A DNA stretch of 64,000 nt from Tubiluchus corallicola. Its lineage: Eukaryota > Animalia > Priapulida. The notes beneath the pieces are model-generated. The model did no database searches. It worked only from the letters and a program-made list of their open reading frames with translations, and was not told the DNA's origin. Positions within the stretch are counted from its first letter, which is position 1, and every line of letters starts with the position of its first letter. The position numbers were made by a program, and so were the translations under genes. Positions 39,601-51,100 of this stretch are shown here, one piece after another. The DNA lies in contig JAQGDQ010000499.1 in NCBI GenBank assembly GCA_030141605.1, positions 98,671 to 162,670 on the forward strand, written 5' to 3'.

Positions 39601-41945
39601 AGGGCGTGTTTCGTTTCGTCGACTCCAAGTACATGGCTAATCTTTGGGGAGCTCACAAACACAATCCAGACATGAATTATGAAAAGTTGAGTCGAGCAAT
39701 GAGGTAAGTTTGGTTAAAGGAAAAGACAAGTGAATTTTAAAGTTTACCCCCCAAACATGTTGCATAAAACTCATAACATAAGAAATGTTTATGCTTACCT
39801 GCTTGAAAGATTTGCTAGAACAGAAAATTTTTAAAAATTTAAAATGTTCGCGCCAACTGGTAAAACGTCACTGACTCACCTTCCCAGTGTGCACCACTGA
39901 CGCACCAAAAAACGTATTTTTAATCATCTTGGCAAGATACAGTAGTTTGTACTTTTGCTTAAAGGAAGACAGGATAATGTTTCATATACGACACCATTTT
40001 CATATCCGATAAAAAGTACAGTGTTACTGTAAGATATTCAGTGTGTTGTACTAAAACTAGGCAAGTTTTAAGATAAAAATTCAAATTTGCCGCTGTACTC
40101 GCGCATGAGCTGTTGAACGTGCGTAGTTCGTCACAAACGAACAGATCTGAACTGAGAGGTACAGTACCTGTTTTTTGTGCAATGCGTTTCCGAAATGCAG
40201 GCGCTAGTGCCCGTCTAACTAGCGAATGGCGAAATGCATGTAACAGCGAAGAACTAGTGGCGTGAACGCGAAATTATATTTGTGTGGTAATAATTCTTTC
40301 ACGTAAGTCGTTTTTGAAAAAATAGTATGTTTCCTTTCAATATTTTAAACAGTAGATTGCTTTGACCTACAGTTTACAATTTGAAATTTACAGCTGTGCT
40401 CGCGCATTATCTATCGAAGGTGCGTAGTTCTGATCTGAATGAGGAGGTACAGCACCTGTTCTGATTATTTTTTCAAACTTTACGTAATGTTATTTAAGCT
40501 CTGTTTCATACAGCGTTACTGTTGACACAAGCTCTGTACGCAATGACGCATCACGTAAGTGATATAAAATTCCAAGACGAACCTTTTCAACTTTATTTAT
40601 CAAGAGTTTTTTCTTGTGCTTAAAGTACGTAATAAGAAACCAGCAGAACAAGAACAAATGTAGTGATTAGCTCCTCAACTACATACACGTACTACATGGG
40701 AACCTCTTTATTTCTGACAAATCTAAAATCTGCTATCTGTTTACACACCGGGTGGTACAGCTCAATGGTAGCATCATTGTTTCGCACGCGGGAGGTCGCG
40801 AGTTCAACTCCCGACCGTTAAAAATGACACCGTTGATTCTTCGACCAAGCACGCTTAATCAGAGCATTCGTAGTCCACATTGCTTTAATAAAGCAAAAGT
40901 TTCAACTACTTTATCTTGTCAATAGGATTAAAAATACGTGTCTTGGTGAATCAGCGCGCTGCACTCTGGGAAGGGAAGTGACATTTTATCGAAGTAACAT
41001 GCGGGTAATAAAAATGAGACCACTTTGGAAATAAGTATTGAGTTACTTAAGGTGTTATTTCTGGACAATGTCGTAAACGAAATGATTATTATTACAGAGG
41101 CAGAGGCGGTATATTAACGTTTGTCTGCATGAACTAGTACCACAAATTTGTTGAGACTAAACACACAATTGCTGAATTAGTCTTCTCTTCAGCACACAAT
41201 TGTTGAACTTGTCCTCGCATTCAGCGCACAATTGTTGAACTAGACCTCGCATTCAGCGCACAATTGTTGAACTAGTCCTCGCATTCAGCGCACAATTGTT
41301 GAACTAGTCCTAGCTTCAGCGCACAATTGTTGAACTAGTGTTCGCTTCAGCGCACAATTGTTGAACTAGTCCTAGCTTCAGCGCACAATTGTTGAACTAG
41401 TCCTAACTTCAGCACACAATTGTTGAACTAGTCCTCGCATTCAGCACAAAATTGTTGAACTAGTCCTAGCTTAAGCACACAATTGTTGAACTAATCCTCG
41501 CATTCAGCACACAATTGTTGAACTAGTCCTAACTTCAGCGCACAATTGTTGAACTAGTCCTCGCATTCAGCACACAATTGTTGAACTAGTCCTAGCTTCA
41601 GCACACAATTGTTGAAATTGTCCTAGCTTCAGCGCACAATTGTTGAACTAGTCCTCGCATTCAGCGCACAATTGTTGAACTAGTCCTCGCATTCAGCGCA
41701 CAATTGTTGAACTAGTCCTCGCATTCAGCACACAATTGTTGAGACTAAATTAGTCCTCGCTTCTATGTCAACGAAACGTTGTATTTTTCAGAACTTATTA
41801 TGACAAAAAGATACTGAAGACAGTTGAAAAGAACGGACGATATCCAAAAAAACTGGTTTACCAATTTGGACCACGGGCGTATGGCTGGAAGACAAGACAA
41901 AAGAGAGAAAGAGACTGCCTATTAATCAAAGGGGAGTCAGTTTAA
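24396..41945 (+). CDS. ETS transcription factor with Pointed/SAM domain, ESE subfamily (ELF3/ELF5/EHF)-like, about 443 aa
   Basis: Exons 24396-24407, 25420-25509, 26512-26638, 29751-30002 (PNT: LPDDVHQWGPEHVTSWL...FNGKVLCRMSLGQF), 32857-33009, 33576-33710, 37726-37935, 39505-39703 (LWEFIRDCLNDP...IRWENEEEGVFRFVDS...LWGAHKHNPDMNYEKLSRAMR), 41792-41945 (TYYDKKIL...LVYQFGPRAYGW). All GT-AG, phases consistent, 1332 nt in total. The first two small exons are less certain. Confidence 0.9.
24414..24960. repeat. Compound (GTT/GCT/GAT/CTT)n trinucleotide repeat in an ETS intron
   Basis: Direct reading; begins 6 nt after the donor at 24408. Confidence 0.97.
25820..26350. repeat. (TATTG)n pentanucleotide repeat
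   Basis: Direct reading. Confidence 0.97.
28246..28792 (+). mobile_element. 5S-rRNA-headed SINE, copy 2
   Basis: 5S-like head 28246-28364, shared body, 3' end GTCTTCCGAGACAGAAGGATGCC followed by (AAC)n. Confidence 0.87.
29090..29690. repeat. 31-bp minisatellite
   Basis: TCTTTGGCTCACCATTGTATGATCTTCATTC units. Confidence 0.93.
30028..30674 (-). mobile_element. TTAA-flanked non-autonomous DNA transposon (Kolobok-like family K1), most intact copy. Others at about 22930-23606, 26660-27160, 38800-39430, 39714-40624, 45400-45807, 46544-47200, 51779-52498, 54869-55527
   Basis: TTAA on both sides, short TIRs AG(C/G)ACAAGAAA...TTTCTTGTGCT, and a shared roughly 650-bp body (GTACCTGAAGTAGGTTTCAG, GCTGACTCACCCTCCAGGGTG, CGCGGGAGTTTAAAT). 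Superfamily inferred from TTAA plus AG termini. Confidence 0.75.
31290..31980. repeat. 45-bp minisatellite
   Basis: AAGTCAAAACAGACATTTACAGTGACTTCAGAACAGTAATAAGCT units. Confidence 0.95.
33900..37408. repeat. 34/36-bp minisatellite with higher-order units of about 0.9-1.0 kb
   Basis: CTTGTAC(AC)AGCTCCGCCCACACTGAAACGGCTCCG units, interrupted by three MITE copies. Confidence 0.97.
34087..34488. mobile_element. hAT-like 402-bp MITE in three near-identical copies (34087-34488, 34992-35393, 36035-36435) inside a minisatellite
   Basis: TIRs CAGGGGCGTCGTGC / GCACGACGCCACTG; each copy flanked by CTTGTAC on both sides. Confidence 0.8.
37409..37710. repeat. 11-bp minisatellite (TATAATTAACC)n
   Basis: Direct reading; ends just upstream of the acceptor at 37725. 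Confidence 0.93.
38041..38790. mobile_element. TTAAAGG-starting dispersed repeat (family K3); related copy at about 39959-40460 nested in a K1 element
   Basis: Both copies share the GCTGT(G/A)CTC..GCATGAGC...CGTCACAA.CGAACA block. Confidence 0.5.
40748..40820 (+). pseudogene. Degenerate tRNA-like sequence (Ala-CGC-like), probably a SINE head
   Basis: CAGCTCAATGGTAG A box, TTCGCAC loop, GAGTTCAACTCC B box; stems imperfect. Confidence 0.5.
41160..41762. repeat. 31-32-bp minisatellite
   Basis: CACAATTGTTGAACTAGTCCTCGCATTCAGCG units. Confidence 0.95.
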
Positions 41946-43277
41946 GAACTGGACATTGGTCAATCGGTTTGGCCGGTTTATGTAGATGTTAAACATCTGA
42001 GTACGTTATCTTATACGTATCTCATATTGCAATGTAGTGTGCCGAGTTGTGTTATCATACATTGTAACATTTTAATAATTAGTATAATAATAATTTAGTT
42101 GATAAAGTCTCCCACTGAAAAGTACGTTTACTGCTCATAGTTAACACTAGTCTGTGAATTAGTCAATATTAGAATTAGTCAATACATCTCCTTTGGCGAT
42201 TGAAATACTGAGTGTAAATGATTCTTACGATTATTTCTTGAATATCTATGTCAGCTATGTCAATCTTATATAATAGTCTGAAAACTATCTTAGCCTTAGT
42301 GACAATGTTGGTATGCCTTCTAGGCAATGTAATGCATATTTAATCGGACATAAATGACGGATGGACCTTTTTTTATCATATTCTGATTGCGAATAGCAGA
42401 AATTTCTAATCCAAGTGCAGAAAGAACAACATTTCTTATCAAGCGTTACTAAATTTCTTTAACAGTTCAAGGTCGCGAAGACTTTAGCGAAAAATCTTCA
42501 AAAATCTTTGAGGAATTTTTCAAATTATTTGAACATTTGAATTTTCTAGGAGCTCATGAACGCCAATAAAGCAACTTTCCTATTGGTTTTTCAGAAGCTC
42601 TTCAAAAATTCAACTAGTCAAATTATATGAAAAATTGTCTAAATGATTTTTGAAGATTTTTGTTTGACAAACAGAATTTCTCTAAAATCTTGCCAACTTG
42701 GTGCCATTTCTTTAGATTCCCATATTGTAATACAGCATCGTAATCTTGATAATTAAATTTGTTAAAAATGGCATTTATAGGAAGCTAAAGAAGCAGAGTA
42801 AGAGAGAAGAACTTTGCTTTCGAATGTGATAATAAAGACGTCTATACAATAGCCGTGCTGAAGTGTAAGAGGTCGTCCATGTCTGTGGGTGGTGTGATGA
42901 AGCCATATGTTCAATGGACCATCACATCTACATGCACTTACGATATGGAGGCTTCTTACCAAGAAGGAAATTCTTTCAAAGAATTGATAATTCGTATTCC
43001 ATTTTGTGGAAAGCTGTGTAAAATATATTATTGCATTTTCCTTGCATTTATCGTTGTACTGTGCTGTAGTGGTTTCATTGGTTGAATTGTTCAGCTGAAA
43101 TTGAAATAGTTGGAGGTTATTCTGCTGCGCGGAATGCCTTGTATAGACTTTTGAACTGAATGAGTGACTAATAAAATAAATAACGTACCAGCGTTACCAA
43201 ACATGTTTAACTGTATTAGATTCTACAAAGCAAGACAAAATTGTGAAAACAAACACCCGTCTTTTCTCAGCTTTTCT

Positions 43278-44210
43278 CTGTAAAAGTTGGACGATGTACT
43301 GCATTTGTCCTAGAACTGTAATGCATTTATCCTAGAACTGTAAAGTTGGACGATGTAATGCATTTATCCTAAACTGTAAAGTTGGACGATGTTTGTGGTG
43401 GGGTTGTTTGTTAGATGTAAGTGGGGATGTTGCTTTGTCCTAGACTGTAAAAGTGGGGATGTAATGCATTTGTCCTAGAACTGTAGAAGTAGGACGATGT
43501 AATGCATTTGTCCTACAACTGTAAAAGGTGGACGACGTAATGCATTTGTCCTAGAACTGTAAAAGTGGGACGATGTAATGCATTTGTCCTAGAACTGTAA
43601 AAGTGGGACGATGTAATGCATTTGTCCTAGAACTGTAGAAGTAGGACGATGTAATGCATTTGTCCTACAACTGTAAAAGGTGGACGACGTAATGCATTTG
43701 TCCTAGAACTGTAAAAGTTGGACGATGTTCTGCATTTGTCCCAGAACTGTAAAAGTTGGACGATGTAATGCATTTGTCCTAGAACTGTAAAAGTTGGACG
43801 ATGTAATGCATTTGTCCTAGAACTGTAAAAGTTGGACGATGTAATGCATTTGTCATAGAACTGTAAAAGTTAGGCGATGTAATGCATTTGTCCTAGAACT
43901 GTAAAGTAGGACGATGTAGTGCATTTGTCCTAGAACTGTAAAAGTTATACGATGTAATGCATTTGTCCTAGAACTGTAAAAGTTGGACGATGTACTGCAT
44001 TTGTCCTAGAACATTAAAGTAGGACGATGTAGTGCATTTGTCCTAGAACTGTAAAAGTTGGACGATGTAATGCATTTGTCCTAGAACATTAAAGTAGGAC
44101 GATGTAGTGCATTTGTCCTAGAACTGTAAAAGTTGGAGGATGTAATGTATTTGTCCTAGAACTGTAAAAGTAGGACGATGTAATGCAATTGTCCTAGAAC
44201 TGTAAAAGTC
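43278..44210. repeat. 38-bp minisatellite
   Basis: GTCCTAGAACTGTAAAAGTTGGACGATGTAATGCATTT units. Confidence 0.95.
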
Positions 44211-44861
44211 CGGGGGGAAACCCGGAGTGCCGTTGCTAGAGACGTGTACACCGCATCTTAACCTAAAATAAACAAAGATCCAATAGCGGGTACAATTTTG
44301 ATTAATATTAATGTTTACAAAGCTGTCAGGTAGAGTCATAAATTATTACTAGTGAATCCCAACAACCTGAGATGGTAACAGAAAAGACCCAGCAAACCAG
44401 GTACATTGAAAAATACCTGGGGAAAAAATTCCGGGATGCTGCTGAAAGGGACATGAGATGCTTATTTTTCTTCTCAATAGGTGTCGCACCTACATTGAAC
44501 ACCATTATTCAGCCATGTTTACCAGTTTAAAGTTTAAACTGATGACGTCGTGTAATAAAATAACTATTATTCTAGAATTATTTCATTACTATTACGTTAT
44601 TTCCTGAAGATGACTGCTAATTTGCAGTGGAAGCGTTAATTTTCTTAATAAAAATACAATAAAATTGATTATATAGTAGGTTGTTTATGAAACTGATGAT
44701 GCTCTTATTACAAAGAATTGCAAAGCCTAACTTTGTGTATATTTAGGAAAATTTTGAGTCATTAAAGTGTTTTTAAAGGAATGAAAAAGCAATTTTATAT
44801 CGTACCTTAAAAACATTACACACAAACTATTACTATATTAATTAGCATTATTTGCTTGAGA

Positions 44862-45392
44862 GACTACGTCTGATCACCGAAGTTAAGCAGCGTAGAGCCT
44901 GGTTAGTACTTGGATGGGTGACCGCCTAAGAGTACCAGGTGCTGTAGGCTTGCGGGATGCCCACACTGTCTCTCGACACTAAGCGGAGGAGCTGCACAAG
45001 CAGCCAACGGCTAGAGGGCGGAGGAGGTCAAGTGACCCAACGGCCATGTGTAGAGGAGTAAACCTTCCAAATCAGGAGTGGCGGAATCCCGAAGGCGGAT
45101 CAGTGCAGCATGCTCACTGACTCCGGCAGCTCCTGCAGCCAAACTGGTGCCAAACGTATCGCTCCGCTTTCCTTTGGACTACACCAGGGAGGAAGAGAGG
45201 GGGTTCCTGTTGTCTGGGCAACTCAGGATCTCCATACACCATGCCCAGGAGTGCGCCCTGGAGAGGCCATTCTAGTGGTTCAAGGATCGGATTGCTCAGC
45301 CACAGTCGACACTGCAGCTCCATCAATGTGATCAATAACTGACTCTCTTGGCGCACACTCCATTGTTTTCCGAGACAGAAGGATGCCAACAA
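44862..45392 (+). mobile_element. 5S-rRNA-headed SINE, copy 3 (short deletion near the 5' end)
   Basis: Same head and body; flanked by near-identical TTGCTTGAGA (44852-44861) and TTGTTTGAGA (45393-45402), a likely target-site duplication. Confidence 0.85.
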
Positions 45393-48162
45393 TTGTTTGA
45401 GAGACTTATGTAACTAGGAAAAAGTTCTTAATTACTGAAAATGTTCCGGACAACTGATAAAATGTCACTGACTCACCTTCCCAATGTGCGCCACTGTTTC
45501 ACCAAAAAACGCATTTTTAAACTTATTGGCAAGATATAGTAATTAATGCTTTTTTATTAGTGAAGTGAGCACTACGAATGCTCTGATCACTTTTTCAAAC
45601 TTACTTAATATTATACAAACTTGTTTCAAGCGAATTACCGTCAAAATGGCTGTGTTTAACGGTAATTGCGGGAGTTTAAGCTTTCAAGGTTTGTACAGCG
45701 TTACTGCTAACGGAAGCTCTGCATGCAATAAGGCAGTATGTAAGTGATATGGAATTTCAAGACCAATTTTTTAAACTTTATATATAAAGTGTTGTCTTGT
45801 ACTTTAAATAGCGAACTTACTAGCTTGTAAAAATTTCTTCATGAATTAGCATCAAAACGTGTGGAAGAACATTGTGTTTGGTCTATCCACTGACTAGTTT
45901 AACAGCTAAGCTATAAGGAATGCTCACATGGCTAAGCTGGCACAGACATTAGCTAGGAAGAAACTACCCAAATGCATCCTGGATTCAATCACTCTAAACT
46001 CATCTCAACATCTCTATTTATTCTCTTATTGGTCGAAAATTTTGTTAATTTATTTTACTTTATTTCTTGTCCTTATACACTTGAAGTCTCTGCAAAGCGT
46101 GTGCAAATTTTCCGTGTGAGATTTCGACTATTTTTACGGCATCGAATTGAAAACTTGTCTATTTCTGGTAGGGAAGTTTCGAGATCCGATTGACGTCAGA
46201 GGCGTATTAGCCAATAGGCTAACTAGGCCATAGACTAGGGCGCCGAATTTTAAGGGTATACTTTCATGTTCATGTAAAATGCGCATTTTGTAACACACCA
46301 CAGGCAGCTGAGCGGAGTTTCATATATTTGCCACATAACGAACAGGTGCAAGGTACTACACAACAAGGAGTTGAGCAGTCAGGTTGAATATAAGCGCTAT
46401 GCAAATACATGTAATTAATAATGACCATGTAGAAACTAGGTTAATATTATTACTAACACACCACAAGTAATTGTTTAATCTACACGTTACATAAACAACC
46501 ATAAATTCACAATATAGAGGTGGGCGGGACAGAACTATCAGTATTAAAGGACAATAAAAAGGGTGTACTTGAAGTAGGTTTCAGAAAATTCGCTTTAAAA
46601 AGTTATACTACTTTATAGCAATTTTATGCATGTATCGTACTCGTGTTGAAAGGAATTTTTGTGTTTTCATTTTAAATTTCCCACAATACTGTTCCGATGG
46701 CGCCGTTACATGACGTGACTGCGCAAACATAAATCAGGGAAAGAAAAGGGAATGTTAAATTATATCCAAAAAATCCAAATCTATATTACTTAACATATCG
46801 CATAACTGCTGGAAAGACTTATCTAACTAAGACTAATTATTTAAAATGGTTTTACCAATTGGTAAAGTGTCGCTGACTCACCCTCCAGGGTGTGCCACTC
46901 ACTAACCAAAAACGTATTTATAATCTTATTGACAAGATGCAGTAATTTAAAATTTTATTTAGTTAGTCACGTGTGCGCAACAAATGCTCTGATTATTTTT
47001 TCAAATTTCACGCAATGTTATCTAAACTTAATTCAAACGACCTACCATTAAAATCGGTCATGGCGGGAGTTTAAATTTACGAGTTTTATACAGCGTTACT
47101 GCCGACGCAAATCCTACACGGCAAAAGGCAGTAAGTAAATGGTATAAAATTTCAAGACGAATTTTTAAAGCTTTATGTAAGTGGAGGGTTTTTTGTGCTT
47201 CCTGGCACGTTCTGATGGCGTTAGCCTGTGCCTTTTCAAAACAGCAAAAACAGACAAAAGTGAGTTTGATTTCAAAATGTTCTGAATGGTTTTTATTATT
47301 CTGAAAGTTTATAGAACAAATATTCAAGTTCATCTATAATACAATTTACAAGTAAAATTGTGTTGATCAATATAAAACAAGTACGTTTAACACTTCTCTT
47401 AAACATGTGTTTGAAATAAGTGCATATATTCTACCAACAGGTGTAACAAATTAAAAAATCGTTTGATTTCAATTTGAAATATAGGCCCTAAACTATCAAA
47501 AACTACTATCTAATAAATTAGCATTTGCATTCTGTTAGCTATTGCTTAAATACTGCATAACCAGCCTATTAATATATTTTATATCTTATATTACATAAAA
47601 TATATTTAAAAATGTTATTACAACCTGCTAATAATCTGCAGTTAGTAATGAATAGTAATGGCCCAGCATCAGCGCCATCTGGCACACAAAATAATAAAGA
47701 TTTTCCTAACAACTTGACAGCAGTGGAATAGCTAATTCAAACAGTTTCCACTTAGGACTATAACTTGTACTAGTAATATTAACTGCTGGGTGCGAATATA
47801 TAATATATTAATAACAAAAACAGAAAAATGAGAACTATTAAAAGAAATATTGTTTGATTATATTAATATTATTATCATCATATTGGATAAAATTTCGGTT
47901 TAAGTTACGCAAAACTTTTCTAAAATGTAAAACTGTTGGTTAGCGTCAAATGCCCAGCATCAGCGCCATCTGGCACACAAAATAATAAACATTTTCCTAA
48001 CAACTTGACAGCAGTGGAATTTAACACCATCCAGGCGTCTAAAGACGAAAAAACAAAATTTCGACTATTGTTCATAACACGTGACTAGTGAACAATGGAC
48101 AATCTATCTCCCAGTATAAAAGCTGGGAAGAAAACCTTCCTTGAGTGGAAAGGAGGTGCAGT

Positions 48163-51100
48163 TTAAGCAGGAAGAGGTTCGCGATCTTTTAGTCCTCTAT
48201 ACAGACTCTGTACGTAAGTGAAGACACATTTCCAATCTGGTCTATTCCCCATCATCAGCATGTCTTCCACGTCAAGCAAGGGCATGATACCAGCTAATTC
48301 ACTGAAAAACAAAATACCAGAATTACTTACGTCTTTCTATGAAGAGGTCATTCTATTAGAATATAAAGGAAATCAAATCCTCGAATTGGTAACAACATTT
48401 ATTACATTTTAATATACAATTATATATCACTACATGACACACGAGCATAAAATTCCTGGCTTAAAAATGCAAAAAATTTAAATATTTCTTATCTCCCCTC
48501 CAAACGAACGTCGCTGCCGGCATATTTAAAAAAATGACGTAAGCTGGTGTCTGCTGGGCAGCGTGAATGTTGTGAAGGCAAGCTGTGATGAAGGTACGCG
48601 TTGAGAAATTTCTACAGTCTGCTGAAAAGTTTCATTATTCTAGCGTTGTATTTAACTGTGTTTATGTAAAAATTAGTCATTTGATCAATTATGATCAAGA
48701 TTAAAGCTTTTACATAGCTTTAACCCACAAGATTATACCGTAAAATGTCTAAGTAGTATACATTAATTGCGTAAATGTAATTAATTTACAGACTGATACA
48801 CATGTTGACCTTCAGATACACATGTAAACTTGCGAGCATACAGTAGGTACCGGGTGGGTTACTTAGTTTTGAGAGTTCGCTCTAAAAAACATAGGCCCAA
48901 GAAACCGTTAATCCAAGAAAGGTCGTATACAAGGACCAACTACACACGTTTTAAATGCCGTCCGGTTCCAATTTTTGGATTTAAAATGTGCTTTAATAAT
49001 CAGAAAAACTAAAAAAAAACTAATACTTACTCAGCCACTTTAAATGCCAAAGTGAAATTTCCTTTCCTGTTTTTCGGATTTAATCTTGAGAAATCAAATG
49101 CTCTAGGAAAGTAATGGTGTATGAGAGCACAAAATGCCATCCCGTTAGCCCAGCTACTGGAAAAGTTGGTTATTTCAACCTGAAAAAGTTAAAATAACAT
49201 GTTAATGTAGTTTTGCTTAGCACTGGCGAGCTATAGACACAATTATGATGCTTTTAGATGATCGTGTCCAGTTTACTAAATAGAAAGCATGCATCAGTAA
49301 GTTGTAAACTGGTACATTGGATAAACCGCAACCGGTATTGATTTGCGTGCTTAATATCAAATGGGCGGTGTCCTTTTGTCTCGCCTGTGCAAGCCCTTTG
49401 CTGCTATACAGAACAAACTGAAATCTTGTATCTAAATTACTGTTGCCGTTATCAGCCGCATAAGTATGAACATGGCCTTATCTAATCACCATATAACAAA
49501 ATTAATGAAAATTTTAACTGGTGAATTCTGGTCTAGCAAAAATTGTTTACGAAAGATAAATCGAACCGTCTGAATAAACTGCTTCTGTGAAATCTCTAAA
49601 TCCAGATTCAGTGTGAACGCCATTTAAACTAAATCATATAGCAAGTCTAAACGCTAAAACTTTTAGAAGCTGTTACAGCAGCGAAAACGTAAAAAAATCT
49701 ACAACAATGTGTAACGATCATAAAAAAATCGTAAAAACATTTTAAAAAGTCGAAGATTACTGCCATTGCTAAGATATCAAGACTTGTATTAACGGAGTAT
49801 GATTTCTACATACAGGATAGTCACTTGTTTTAGCTTGGCACCAAAAAATCGTAAAATCATTTTAAAAAAATTCGAAGATTACTGCCATTGCTAAGATATC
49901 AAGGCATGCATTAACGAAATAACATTTTTACATACAGGATAGTCTCCTGTTTTAGCTTGGCACCAAAAAAATCGTAAAATCATTTTAAAAAAGTCGAAGA
50001 TTACTGCCATTGCTAAGATATCAAGGCATGCATTAACTGAATAACATTTTTACATACAGGATAGTCTCTTGTTTTAGCTTGGCACCATGCCAACAAAGCT
50101 TCTCTAACAGCGCTGGGGTTAAACCCTCCACCACTACTACCACCTCTGATGGCGAAATTGCTGCATCCCAAGAAAAGAAAGTAGAAGTTTAGTGAGTAAA
50201 ATACATTCTGCTCACATGTTCACACTACTGCACGACGCTCTGCTCACCTGTTCACACTACTGCATGACTCTCTGCTCACCTGTTCACATTGCTGCAAGAT
50301 GCTCTGCTCATCTGTTCACACTGCTGCAAAATACAGTCTGCTCACCTGTTCACTCTACTGCAAGATGCTCTGCTCATCTGTTCACACTGCTGCAAAATAC
50401 ATTCTGCTCACATGTTCAAACTACTGCACGACGCTCTGCTCACCTGCTCACACTACTGCATGACTCTCTGCTCACCTGTTCACACTACTGCATGACTCTC
50501 TGCTCACCTGTTCACATTGCTGCAAGATGCTCTGCTCACCTGTTCACACTACTGCAAGATGCTCTGCTCACCTGTTCACACTACTGCAAGATGCTTCGCT
50601 CACCGGTTCACACTAATTCAAGATGCTCTGCTCACATGTTCACACTACTGCACGACGCTCTGCTCACCTGCTCGCACTACTGCAAGATGCTCTGCTCACC
50701 TGTTCACACTACTGCATGACTCTCTGCTCACCTGTTCACACTACTGCATGACTCTCTGCTCACCTGTTCACATTGCTGCAAGATGCTCTGCTCACCTGTT
50801 CACACTACTGCATGCTTCGCTCACCTGTTCACACTACTGCACGACGCTCTGCTCACCTGTTCACACTACTGCATGACTCTCTGCTCACCTGTTCACACTA
50901 CTGCACGACGCTCTGCTCACCTGTTCACACTACTGCATGACTCTCTGCTCACCTGTTCACATTGCTGCAAGATGCTCTGCTCACCTGTTCACACTACTGC
51001 AAGATGCTTCGCTCACCGGTTCACACTAATTCAAGATGCTCTGCTCACATGTTCACACTATTGCAAGATGCTCTGCTCACCTGTTCACACTATTGCAAGA

